Shown here in pieces: positions 26,317 through 38,278 of a DNA stretch of 64,000 nt. Below the pieces are notes generated by a model that saw nothing but the letters and a program-made list of their open reading frames with translations, did not search any database and was not told where the DNA came from. Every line of letters begins with the position of its first letter. Position 1 is the first letter of the stretch. The position numbers and the translations under genes were made by a program. The stretch is from Squalus acanthias (Eukaryota): NCBI GenBank assembly GCA_030390025.1, contig CM059433.1:2852001-2916000 (forward strand), read 5' to 3'.

Positions 26317-27072
26317 TTTATATTTTGTATTTCTCGAAGATCATCCTTTGCATGAAGCTTCTTGCTTTTTTGTTCATTTGATCATTTTGCATACTGCACT
26401 AGGGAAGACTTCCTGCATGCAATCCCTATGCTTGTTCTACATTGATTGCTAGCCTATATCAAATCCTCACACAATATTATGGGGGCTAAAGGGGGCGCTA
26501 CCCAATTTTTACCCCTTTATCTCTTTCATTGCTTACCATAGATTCTCATACTCCAACGGGCCACACATTGAAGTTGAACCTTACAAGTGACACCCTTGGC
26601 ATTCTCACATCCAAAAAGCATGACACAAAAAAATAATTGTAATGCAACCAACATGTGCAGCACGGTCACTGACACACAGAATGGGCTGAAGGATGAACAT
26701 ATGGCTGGCATCAACGACCCCTGTACCTTGGGAAGTGTAGCACGTTGATGCTAATCTACGCATCAGTTACCTGTTTGACACAAATGTTGGGAGCACTTTG
26801 GCTGATGCTGCACATTATCCCGATCCTAGTCTCAAAGGAGGCAGAGGCAAAATTGTTAAGGGGGGGAGAGGACCTTGAGACTGGCACCGCTGTCCCTCTG
26901 ACACAAGTTGGCTGCAGGTGTCCTTGCAGCAAATGTCATAAAAGGAGCGGAGCTCTGTCGATGTTGTTGGTGTCGTATTACAGGTGCCAGCAGTCTGGCT
27001 GTGGTACCTGCTGGTCTCCCTGACATACCTTCTTTCATTTTATATCACTTCAAACATGAAATACTGACCCCA

Positions 27073-27710
27073 ATATTAACAGGGGTGGGTTGCGTGGGTG
27101 GGCTGGAGTTGCGGACGGGAGTCCGGGTTTCCCCATATGCTGTGGAGTTTCAACTTTTCTGATTGACAGGTTCCCCGCCCAGAAGTCAGCCTGATTGACA
27201 GGCTTGGCTTCCAGTCGGGTGGAGGGGTCTCCAGAGCCACGGGCCGCGGGAGCAGGTCGGTCCGATCCCTGACCCCAGGGAGGTGGGGGTCCAATCCCGG
27301 GGCTCTTTGTATGGGGGTGGGAGCTTGGTGGGGAGCCGGGGTAAGGCACTCCTGCTCCTCCCGGCCCACAAGCAGTGCTGTAAAGGCACTTACCTTCTCC
27401 CTGAAGCTGTCCTCGCCTCTCTTCAGCTGCTGAGTTTCCCGAGGTTTGGGCAACTTGGCCGCTCACTGTTAAACTTGCAAAGCAGGTTAAATCAGAGGCT
27501 GCCAGCCTCAGTCACATATTTAAATTGCCAGCCTGCCTCCTGGGAGCGGGTTGGCTGCCCCTTGTCCCGCCTCCTTTAAAACCGGAAGTGCGTGGGTTAG
27601 AGGCGGGTTTAGGACAGGTTGGGGTCAGGTTGGGGTCAGGTTGGGAGCTTTTGAAATGTTAACATCTGATCCGACCCAACCCACCCATTTTTGGGGGTTA
27701 ATATTCACGT
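27073..27710. mobile_element. Harbinger-type MITE (inverse of the 38279-39123 family)
   Basis: Shared CCCCAATATTA terminus, CACCCATTTTTG..GTTAA end and CCTGCTCCTCCCGGCCCA core. Confidence 0.7.
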
Positions 27711-27744
27711 TGCTGTATCTGTGGTGCTTCAATGTAAACCTTGA

Positions 27745-29005
27745 CTCCACTACAAGCCCACTGACTCCCACAGCTACCTGGACTACACTTCCTCCCACCC
27801 CGCTTCCTGTAAGGACTCTATTCCATTCACCCAGTTTCTCCGTCTCCACCGCATCTGCTCTGACGATGCCACCTTCCATACCAGTGCTTCTGACATGTCT
27901 TCCTTTTTGCTCAATCGAGGATTCTCCTCTACCGTGGTTGACATGGCCCTCGACCGTGTCCGTTCCATTTCCCGCACTTCTGCTCTCACCCCTTCCCCTC
28001 CCTCCCAGAACCACGATAGGGTTCCCCTTGTCCTCACCTTTCACCCCACCAGCCTCCACATTCAACGGATCATCCTCCGCCATTTCTGCCATCTCCAGCG
28101 TGATCCCACCACCAAACACATCTTCCCCTCACCTCCCCTTTCAGCATTCCATAGGGACCGCTCCCTCCGTGACACCCTGGCCCACTCCTCAATCACCCCC
28201 AACACTCCTTCCCCTTCGCCCGGCACCTTCAAGTGCAAGTGCAGGAGATGCAACACCTGCCCTTTTACCTCCTCCCCTCCCACTGTTCAGGAACCCAAAC
28301 ACTCCTTCCAGGTGAACCAGCGATTTACTTGTACTGCTTACAATTCAGTATACTGTATTCACTGCTCACGATGCGGTCTCCTCTACATTGGGGAGAGCAA
28401 ACGCAGATTGGGTGACCCATTGCGGAACACCTCCGTTCAGTCCGTAAGCTTGACCCCGAGCTTCCGGTCGCCTGTCACTTTAATTCTTCGCTCCACTCCC
28501 ACTCTGACCTCTCCGTCCTCGGCCTCTTACACTGTTCCAACGAAGCTCAACGTAAGCTCAAGGAACAGCACCTCATCTTTCGATTAGGCACTTTCCAGCC
28601 TTCTGGACTCAACATCGAGTTCAACAATTTCAGATTATAACCTCGGCCCCTGTATTTCTTTATATATTTTTTTCTCTTGTTTCCTCACATGGCAGCTGTT
28701 AATGTTGCTGCCATCACCATTCACACCTCATCTCGAGCCATCTTTTGTTTCTTCACTTGTCCCATTATCTCTCCTTTTGCCTCGCACCATCATCCCTTTT
28801 GTCAGTCAATCTCTCCTGCCTTCCACCCTATCACAGACCTTCCCTTTCTTCTCTCCTCCCCTCCTCCCTGCCCCTGCTTAAAAATCTCTCCTCCCTAACC
28901 TTTTCCAGTTCTGACGAAGGGTCCTCGACCCAAAACGTTGACTCTGTTTCTCTCTCCTCGATGCTGCCTGACCTGCTGAGTGTTTCCAGCACTTTCTGTT
29001 GTTAT
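27745..29005 (+). mobile_element. Penelope-like element family 2, 3' fragment (RT thumb, GIY-YIG, tail with hammerhead)
   Basis: SIPFTQFLRLHRICSD, PLVLTFHP, CKCRRCNTC, YCIHCSRCGLLYIGESKRRL; hammerhead-like motif 28907-28943. Confidence 0.9.
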
Positions 29006-29648
29006 TTCTTGATTTTAACTTGACTCGTTAGCCGTCATGGGTTCTTCACTTAACTGTTTTTTTGTTCCATCACCTCCCATGAAAATGTGCACCGTTTGGA
29101 GCAGGCTTTTCATCGTTCCTTCTTTTCTCAGCTCCTCCTGTTCCACTCAAGTCTTGAAAATGCTTCAGTGACTGTTGGATTTCTGGTGAATTAGCAGACA
29201 ACATGCAGCTATTTTAGAATAACATTAACATACGGTTTAGGAGAAAGAAAATAATCTTCAAGAGGAAAATAAACTTTTTCATGAAAATGCCAACATAACA
29301 GAGGCCAAAAATAAAGCATATTGTAAAACTGAAAAATAAAAAGCAGCAAAAAAAAGCTGCCCCTTGAAGAGCCTCGGGGACTCCATTAAGCGCGTTCCAA
29401 ATTGCAATAGACTCTATCTGAATGTATAGCAATACTTAAATGAAGCTATTGCTCCTTATCAGCAAGAGTGATTTAGACTGGTCTAAAAGACCTGCCGGAA
29501 GTGTCTCTTGACAGTAGGTCATGCAGACCCAACTACACTTGTTTTGAGCCTGATTTTCCAATCTCTCCACACTTGTTCCGCTGCTGCGGTATCGGTCTCA
29601 GCAGCTCAAAAAATAACATAACACATCCTGGACTGTAATAGGATTTAT

Positions 29649-30677
29649 GGGGGAGAAATTGAACAACATTTCACCCGATTCTTTTGGCGTAAGGTCAGGG
29701 TTGGGAAGACCAATTTCGCGTTGTGACCTCGCTTGCCAGATCTGCCTCGGGAGTGTATCGGCTGCCAAATTGGAAGTCGGCGAATCCCGGGTATGCATGA
29801 AACAGGCGTAAGGCACTTTGCATGTGCAATACGAGGTCCTAATGCCAGTTGTAGGACCCTGAATGAAATTGGTCATCAAATGGGCGGAGCTGGCGATGCC
29901 CAGTTGTCCCAGGTCTTTCAGCAGCCTAACCAGCAGTCCTTAGAGGCACCACTGGAGGCCGCTCCAAAAAGGTAAGAACATTTTTTTTACCTTTTAATTT
30001 TTGCAGAGTTAGGAAGAGCAGGAGTGCTTCTCCTGGCTCCAATAAATAACTGCAGACCACTGCTGGGGCCTGGGTCCATCCCCTCCTCCACCCCCTCTCT
30101 TCGCCTCACCCCACTCCCAGGGCCAACTGGTGGGCAGGCTTAGCGTCAGAATCAGGCAAAATGTCTGAGGCATCTACCAGCGACTGCATCAGGATGTGTG
30201 ATTGGCATCTGCAGCTCACCCGCTCAGTGCCAATGAAGCCCGAAGCCCAATTTCGATCGGGCCTCAGGCCGATATCTTCATGTGCGCGTTGGGAAATCAC
30301 AGCTCCTTTGAACCGGATACTGGAACAAGTTGAATTTCTTCCCGTCCGTGTGTTTGATTACTTGTTGGGTAATTTGAACCTAACCGGCCCAGTGGGAAAC
30401 ATAGAAACATAGAAGATAGGAGCAGGAGTAGCCCATTCGGCCCCTCGAGCCTGCTCCGCCATTCGATGCGATCATGGCTGATCATCCAAACTCAGTACCC
30501 TGTACCTGCCTTCTCCCCATATCCCTTGATCCCTTTAGCCTTAAGAAATATATCCAACTCCTTCTTGAATATATTTGAATAAACGGAAGTCAATGGGAAA
30601 TAATATCAGGCCGGGTGTAAAACTGAGGGCAGATCTGCTTAGTTTCGCCCCAGGAGGATTCGGTTAAAATTACTCTT
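29649..30677. mobile_element. Composite MITE-like segment containing a CR1 tail (30397-30580, minus)
   Basis: GGGGGAGAAATT terminus; GGAAGAGCAGGAGTGCTTCTCCTGGC core; AAACATAG tail repeat. Confidence 0.6.
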
Positions 30678-31204
30678 TTATTATTTCACAATTTAGTTCT
30701 CCCCAACAGGAGATAAATCATGCATCACATTCCAGGATGTGTTGAATGGTCAGTGCTCCAGAGTGTTCTATTTATACCTAATGCATCACACACAAATTGA
30801 TAGAAAAGTGATAACTACGTCAATAACTTGTGCTGCTTTTACCACGTTTACTGTGACATTATTGGATGACACAGGAAATAAGACCCTGCAGATATAGAAT
30901 GGATTCTGATTTTCAAAGATAAAGATTTTTTGTCATATCTGTATGACTAAACAGGGAAAGGCAGGTGACTAAAATGATCTACAGACAGTGAATTAAATGT
31001 TTAGACTGTTCTCATGCACTTGGTTTAGATTTAATAAGAAGATACTTTTTGTGAAGAATGAAAAGCAGATTTACAGTGTCATGTTCTAACAGATTTCACC
31101 TTTTCAATGCAAGTGATGTCAACCACAATACTTTCAAAGTGAGGCGCATCAGCTTCTAGACTTCAATTTGTCCTGTTTTGGCTATTAATCAAGAACTATT
31201 AAAA

Positions 31205-31665
31205 AAAAGACTTGCATTTATACAGCATCTTTCACAACCACCGGACATCCCAAAGTGCTTTACAGCCAATAAAGTACTTTTTTGAAGTGTAGTCATTGTT
31301 GTAATTTAGGAAACGCGGCAGACAATTTGCGCACAGCAAGCTCCCACAAACAGCAATAGTGATAATGACCAGATCATCTGTTTTAGTGATGTTGATTGAG
31401 GGATAAATATTGGCCCCAGGGGAGAACTCCCCTACTCTTCTTCACAATAGTGCCATGGGATTCTTTATGTGCACCTGAGAGAGCAGACAGGGCTTCGGTT
31501 TAACATCTCATCCGAAAGACGGCTCCTCCGACAATGCAGCACTCCCTCAGCACTGCACTGGTGTGTCAGCCTAGATTGTTGTCCTCAAAGTTCCTGGAGT
31601 GGGACTTGAACCCACAACCTTCTGACTCAGAGGGTGAGTGTGCTGCCCACTGAGCCACAGCCGGC
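31205..31665 (-). mobile_element. DeuSINE, full length
   Basis: Same head, Deu core and tail as 12300-12758. Confidence 0.88.
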
Positions 31666-32546
31666 ATTAGTTGGTGGCCCATCCTTAGCAGCAAAACTAG
31701 TATCAAATAAGGTTCAAGATTAACTTCTTTCATTTTGCTAACGTTGCCAGTGCATTGCCGCACTCTTGCTGTAGCTATGCACTTAAACTGAATACTAATG
31801 TCCTCGGAAACAGAAATGATTTCTATGCAGCTAATGTTCAGATAGAATTTGATGAATGCTGTGTCATTACAGATGTATTTGTCAACATTCTCAGCTCTAG
31901 TCATGATTCTTTCACTTGCACAATCACACAGGATGCTGGAGAGATGAGACTTGCAGGGTAGCTAGCTGGTGGAGAAGTACAGAGCACACATTTATCATCC
32001 CTTTGATCCAGTTGCCTGTCTTGTATTAATGTTTCATCCTCCACTTCAAGTTGGAGGCCGTAGTCTGAAGCATTGGTTCATCGCTCCTGTGCCAAATCTC
32101 CAAACCTGAGCCCAAGAGCAATTTAATTAATTGTTTTTTCCTAAGTGCACGTCTTTCATGGATGACCAGTTATATGATTTTGTAAGGCTTTTGTTTCTTC
32201 ATGAACCAAAAAGGTTGGCACACAGAGAAAGGAATAACTTCTGCTGAAGCAGATGCCAGTCACCTGAGGAAGCCAAGACATTCACTCAAATACTGATCAA
32301 GTGCGCATTCGAATTTTTAAAGCTGAGTTTCTATTATCTGCAGTTCACTGGAGGAGTAGTCACAACAAAATCAATCAGTTCTTTATTCAATATTATACTC
32401 TCCGGAATGTGCCAAATCGGAATGGGATTGCTCAGGAGTTGCCAAACAGAACCAATGCCAGCTGTCAATAGCCAGAGTGAAGAGCCGGCCCCAGTTGCTT
32501 CCGGGCTGCTTGTGATGCAATTGTCACTAATTTTTGTACACATAAT

Positions 32547-33308
32547 GGCCCGAAAATTAGACCTAATACGCGAGAGTACGCACTATGTACTCTCGCGTAT
32601 TAGGTCCCGAATTGCCGGTTTCCTGCATGCACTGCGCATGCGCGGGAAACCAGCACTTCGTGTATGGCGAAGGGGGCGGTTCCTAAGTGAACCGCGTGCG
32701 CACTACAGGTTGAGCGCACGCAGTGCACTTAGGTTTTTTTTTCAGGTTTGAACGCGCAGGTAAGTGGTGAAGATTTTACACATGAAGAAAGCAGGCGTAG
32801 GACCCCCTTTTAACAAGGTAAGTAGTTAATTAAGTGTTATTTTAATTTTTTTTCAACAGGTTTATCTTTTTTAGAGACTTTAAAGAAAGGTAAGTTTATT
32901 TTGATAACTTTTAAAAAGAATTTAAATTTTTTCAAAAATTTAATTTTTTATTTAAAGTGGTTAATTTATTTAACTATAGTTATTTTATTAATGTTATGGC
33001 TTTTTTTTTATTTAATTGAGGTTTAGCTGTTCTTTTGGGGGCTTGTAGTATTCATAGCTTTGACAGCCCTTGCTGTCAAAACTATGAATGAAAGATGGTG
33101 TGCTGCCATTGGCTCTAACTGGCCCACGTGATCCCAGAGCTCGCACGAACTAACTGCGCCTCTGGGACACGCAAGCACTGCACGCCGGCACCAGGGAGAG
33201 GCCCGGGACCTGAAGTTCGTGTGGGCCAAAACCATAAAGGTAGGCGCGGAGTGCGATATCGCGCGGAATCCTTACCCCCGCGGCAACCATCGAACTCCAA
33301 TTTCTGGG
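32547..33308. mobile_element. CpG-rich MITE with subterminal perfect hairpin
   Basis: Imperfect TIR GGCCCGAAAATT / AATTTCTGGG; AAT flanks; 20-bp perfect stem 32560-32606. Confidence 0.65.
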
Positions 33309-33633
33309 AATTTTTGCAAAAAATAGTGAACTGCATGTGCTGCACTATAAGCAAAAAGGTGGGTAAGATGCCTTTCTATTACGGCTGGTCCGTTCTGTGA
33401 TCTTCTGGTTTGTGTTTGTTCATTAAAGAAAGAAAAGAAAGAACTTGTATTTTTATAGTGTCCGCCACAATCTCAGGATGCCCCAAAGAACTTATAGCCA
33501 ATGGTTGGCACAGAGAAGAATAACCTGCGCTGAACCACAAAACCGGTAGGCATGGATGCCAGTCATCTAAGGAAACAGGTTTCTAAAATGGTATTTAAAA
33601 GTTGTGTGGCCTCACAGAAAAGTTAAATGTTCA

Positions 33634-34097
33634 AAAGAAAGACTTGCATTTCTATAGCGCCTTTCACGACCACTGGACGTCTCAAAGTGCTTTACAGCCA
33701 ATGAAGTACTTTTGAAGTGGAGTCACTGTTGTAATGTGGGAAACACGGCAGCCAATTTGCGCACAGCAAGGTCCCACAAGCAGCAATGTGATAATGACCA
33801 GATAATCTGTTTTTGTTATGTTGATTGAAGGATAAATATTGGCCCCAGGACACCGGAGATAACTCCCCTGCTCTTCTGCAAAATAGTGACATGGGATATT
33901 TAACATCCACCTGAGAGAGCAGATGGGGCCTTGGTTTAACATCTCATCCAAAAGACGGCACCTCTGAAAGTGCAGCGCTCCCTCAGCACTGCACTGGGAG
34001 TGTCAGCCTAGCTTTATGTTCCCAAGTCCCTGGAGTGGGACTTGAACCCACAACCTTCTAATTCAGAGGCAAGAGTGCTACCCACTGAGTCACAGCG
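33634..34097 (-). mobile_element. DeuSINE, full length
   Basis: Same head, Deu core and tail. Confidence 0.88.
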
Positions 34098-34148
34098 TGG
34101 CTCCACATTGAAAAAAAGTTCTATTTAACCTGTAGAAAGAAAGTTAAT

Positions 34149-36020
34149 GGGGGAGAAATTCAATTTAGCCAGCAAAGTTGCCTGTGCCGCCAGCAACTGG
34201 AGTTAACGGCCACCAAAAATGGCTGCAACGATAAGGGGGCAAAATTGGTCTTGGGAGGGGAGGGATGGAGATTGTTGGTGCAACGCTTGCTTACCTGTCG
34301 TGCAACACCATCCTGGTGGCGTTCGAACTTCCCACAGTCTCTGGAATCGAGGCTGTGGATCTCACAAAGAATTGTGGGTAATGAAGAGGTCTGAGAATTA
34401 AAGGGGCCACGCACACTGAAGCAATACAAAATAAAATGAACAATGCAGTTTTCAGCCCTTACTGCCTTTTAAAAAATATTTAATATTAAAAAGAAGTCCC
34501 AAATGTGAATATTCAGCTCTTAAAGCTGAATTACCTTCCAAACCTCAACAAATGGGAAAACTGCCTCAGCACTAACACATATGGCTCAGCAAGCCAAGGA
34601 AGGGGCACCGAGGGTCTCACACGCAACACTCCAGCTTTGTTGAGGGATCAACACTGCAAGGCCCACAGGGGCCAGGAGGCTCTCCAGAAAGAAGGATGTA
34701 GGAGTGCCAGCAGTGCCATCCCCACCACCTGGCTCCAGTGCCCAAAGAAGCTTCATGACTTCAGACCACTGGTCAAGGTCAGTGAACGCATCTTCAAAAG
34801 CCGTCTCCTACCAACTGCACCACTAGCCTCACACACTGCTCAGTGCACGGTTTCCCACCCAGTCACTCACCTACCAGTAATCTGCATTAATCACGAGGCA
34901 CATCTCCCATTCCTAGCCTCACCTCACCCCGTTGGAGGAGATGGTGCAGGCCATTCTTGTCAGGGGCATGGCTGAGCCCTTGGCCAGCGGCGGGGCTGAA
35001 AGGATACAAGATGTTGATATCCTCATGCGCTATCCTCCTTCTCGCATGCACCTCTTGTTTTCCCGCCCTCCCCTCACAACAACCCTACCCTTGTGCCTTC
35101 CTCATTTCACACACCCAAGAAATTCAACCTGCCCAGCCAGTGGGTGACCTAGAAGAGGGAGAGGAGAGTGAAGAAGGACAAGAACAGAAGAAGATTGATT
35201 TCACACTCCCAGCCACCAGCTCCTCAAGGTCAACCAGCAAGGCCATTTGCAGTGTCCCCCACTGAAAGTCAGCAGCCTTCCACCAGCCATGCTGCAGCCA
35301 CTGGGGAAACACTGCGTGACATCAGTAGAGTAGGCAAAGGCACACACAAGACAGTCACTAAGAGAATGCATATGGGAGATGAGTTGATTTCTTGATGTCA
35401 CATTGGATGCCTAAACATATATAATTGGATTGGAAAGTTTGCTTTGTGGTGGCTTTTATTTCAGCATTGTGGCCAAGAGGACGTTAATGGTCAATAACAG
35501 AGGGAAGGTAAGGTGTGGGACTAATGTTGAAAGGGGATTTGGGGTTGTGATCACTGGGACTGCAGGCGGATGATTCTATCCCGGATATCCCGGCTAGAAG
35601 AGGGCTGTCTGGGATGCATCCTTCCATCTGCTTCCTCCTCTTCGGCTTCCTCCTCTTCTGTGTCTTCCTCTTCCCTCTGCTGTAAATGTGAAATGACAGC
35701 ATAAAATGCTGGAACTACTCAGCTCATCAGGCAGCATCTCAACCTGAGACGTGAACTCTGTTTTTCTCTCCACGGATGTTGCGTGACTGGCTGAGTATTT
35801 GCAGCATGTTCTGTCTTCTCAAAGGCCTTCATTTACCATCCGAGCCCTTGCAAGCATTCAGCAGCACTCCCTACACACTTTCACATCTATTGCAGCAAGC
35901 CACCACTTCACTAAAATCAAAAAAAAACCAATCCAAAACCTTAAATCCAAACTTAACTGAACGATGTGTTTGTCCCTTTCAGAGGTTCAGACATCACCAC
36001 TGTCAGCCTGCTTGCACGCT
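34149..36020. mobile_element. Decayed Harbinger derivative (Myb remnant +, transposase acidic C-terminus -)
   Basis: GGGGGAGAAATT start; TWLQCPKKLHDF..K|GTCAGT at ~34725-34780; minus-strand acidic tail ..EAEEEEADG..RDIRDRIIRLQ at 35555-35680. Confidence 0.6.
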
Positions 36021-36029
36021 GGGTTAACC

Positions 36030-37562
36030 TGTAGCTTATAAACAGATTATAAATTGACACTGGATGATCATTACTCATGCGTCCCACACCTGAAGGTTGC
36101 GGCGCTGCAATCCAATAATTCTTATTCTAACTTAAACAATTTCTTTGCAGGCCCGTAAAAGCCCCTGCTCATGAAGATTGGGGTAATAGTCCCAGTTACC
36201 TTTAGCAACAGTGACTGCTTTTGGAGGATAAAAAATACGATGGGCTGGATTTTGATACTGGGGCGGGATGGGGTCGTGTCATCCGCATTTCGTGTTATCC
36301 ACCAGACTGCAATTGGATGTGGGAGATTGATGCAATTTTCACCTAATTGGGCAATTGAGTTCCAGCATGTGGGAACCCATGAACCAATTAGTGGTTTCAG
36401 TCTGAAAGTCGCCTCTGATGATGTCATCATTGCTGCTGCATTGCAGGTCAGAGACTGCCTGGCCTCAGAGACTGCCTGGCCTTTGCTGTGAGAGGACCTG
36501 GATGGAAAATGAGCAGCATCAGAGAGAGAGAGAGAGAGAATTTTTTTTGCATCCAGGTCCTCTCACAGCAAAGGCCAGGCAGTCTCTGAAGACATTCAAT
36601 GCAGCAGCATCAGAGGCGACTTTCACACCTAATACTACTACTACCTTCTTCACATCTCTGTTGTAATAGTGGACCTGCAGCTGATAGTCAGCTATCCACT
36701 TGTGCTCCCACCAGGTTTCACTGGCGTGTTTCACATCATGCGTGCTTCACGTCAGAAAAGGGTAAAACTAGCTAAAACGTTTCAAAATGGCATTACAGAG
36801 CCAATTTAGGGCTTGTTAAGGGCTTTAATGGCCTCTCCCGCCTCTTGGAGGTGGGACGGAGTCGGGAACACCGCACACGATTTCATCAAAATTGCGTGGA
36901 GGCGGAATGGAGGCGGGATCAGGTCCACCCGCCACTTTTCGCAATTTTAACCCCCCACACGCCTCCAAACCCGCCTCCACGGCCCTATGAAAATCCAGCC
37001 CGATGTGCTTTGTTTCCCCAATAGTTTTCTTTAGGGAAATGTAGGAAACTCCTTATGCTCCTGCGGGTGAACAGGCTTCCCACTGCTTTAAATTATCTTT
37101 TTTTACTAGTGGAAATGATTGGAAATATTTTTTTTGGTGGGGGCTGGGGGTGGGGGTGTGGGGGGGAATAATTGAATTGTAATTTTTGAATATGCAAGTT
37201 AATGCTATAATTTAAAGTTGATGTGGAGAGATCTTGACTTTGTGCGATGGTGTATACCGGGTGATAGAGAGCCGCCAGCCCTTTTCACAGCTTTCCCGAT
37301 TTTTATTTTCACTAAAGTCAATGGAAATGCAAACGAGGGGAAATGTGAAATGGGCTGCCCGCGCGCTCTCACCCGCACTAACGCTGCCGCACTCTGTCTA
37401 CCCCGGTGTCTGACAGCTTGCTGAATCTACAGCAGACTGGCTTTCGCTCCAGCACTAAACATGGCTGCGTGTTTTATTGGATTGCAGCGCCGCAACCTTC
37501 AGGTGTGGGGCGCATGAGTAATGATCAGCCGCTGTCGATTCATAATCTGCTCATAAGCTGCA
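36030..37562. repeat. 89-bp ungapped inverted repeat (arms 36030-36118 and 37474-37562)
   Basis: Manual alignment 80/89 identical; innermost 36 bp perfect. Confidence 0.92.
36242..37001. mobile_element. Harbinger-type MITE, 760 bp
   Basis: Perfect 12-bp TIR GGGCTGGATTTT / AAAATCCAGCCC; 3-bp TSD GAT. Confidence 0.9.
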
Positions 37563-37612
37563 TATTTAATTTTTTTTAAATCCACTTTTGAAATCTGCAA
37601 CAGTCGGTTGTG

Positions 37613-37971
37613 CATCATTTCTGAGAAGTTATTAGTCTTCAGTATGAATCATTCTCAGCAGGGTGAGAATGTTGATGTGACTCTGCGATCAGCCCAAGTT
37701 AAAGTAGAAGAAATCAATTAAAATGAAATGGTGATTTCTGATTTAATATTAACGCTTTACAAAATTTGAATGCTACTTAAATGGCAAAACATATAGATAT
37801 TATAATATATATATATATATATATATGGATATTAATAATGTTACTATTATCTTCTAAGTCATTTTGCTTCCACCGAAGTCAGGCCTCTGTCAGGATTACA
37901 TCAATGCCTCAAAGACATCCAGCTGAGAATGATTCATACTGAATACTATCAACACCGTCTCAGAAATGATG
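37613..37971. repeat. Degenerate palindromic element with central (TA)n
   Basis: CATCATTTCTGAGA..TTCAGTATGAATCATTCTCAGC vs GCTGAGAATGATTCATACTGAA..TCTCAGAAATGATG. Confidence 0.8.
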
Positions 37972-38278
37972 GAAATTTAAATTTTTATATATACATTAAG
38001 TGCACAGCGTAAAAGCAGATGATTAATTCATCAAATACAAGTTTGCACCGGATAATCATTACACCCCGTATATGCGCGCACCTCGAGGCTGCAACAACGC
38101 ATTTTAATAAGACAACCGGCCTTCTTTGTTTTGTGGCAAGACAGCCGTGTGTATGTTTTGGACACTAAGGGAATCAAAAGACATGGGGATAGGGTGGGAA
38201 AATGGAGTTGAGGTCAAAGGCCAGCCAACTCCTGCTCCTATTTCTTATGTTCAGCAATCTTATGCACAGATCGATATT

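Noticed and set aside
27551..28315. 254-aa Pro/Ser/Thr-rich ORF and similar GC-rich ORFs at 38439-39006
   Set aside because: Alternative-frame or low-complexity shadows of Penelope and MITE sequence
31595..31665. tRNA-like sequence
   Set aside because: It is the tRNA-derived head of a DeuSINE, repeated at ~12700, 34030 and 51490
32344..32470. Acceptor TCTGCAG| with open frames (HWRSSHNKINQFFIQYY..)
   Set aside because: Phase is incompatible with the upstream candidate exon; no confident family match
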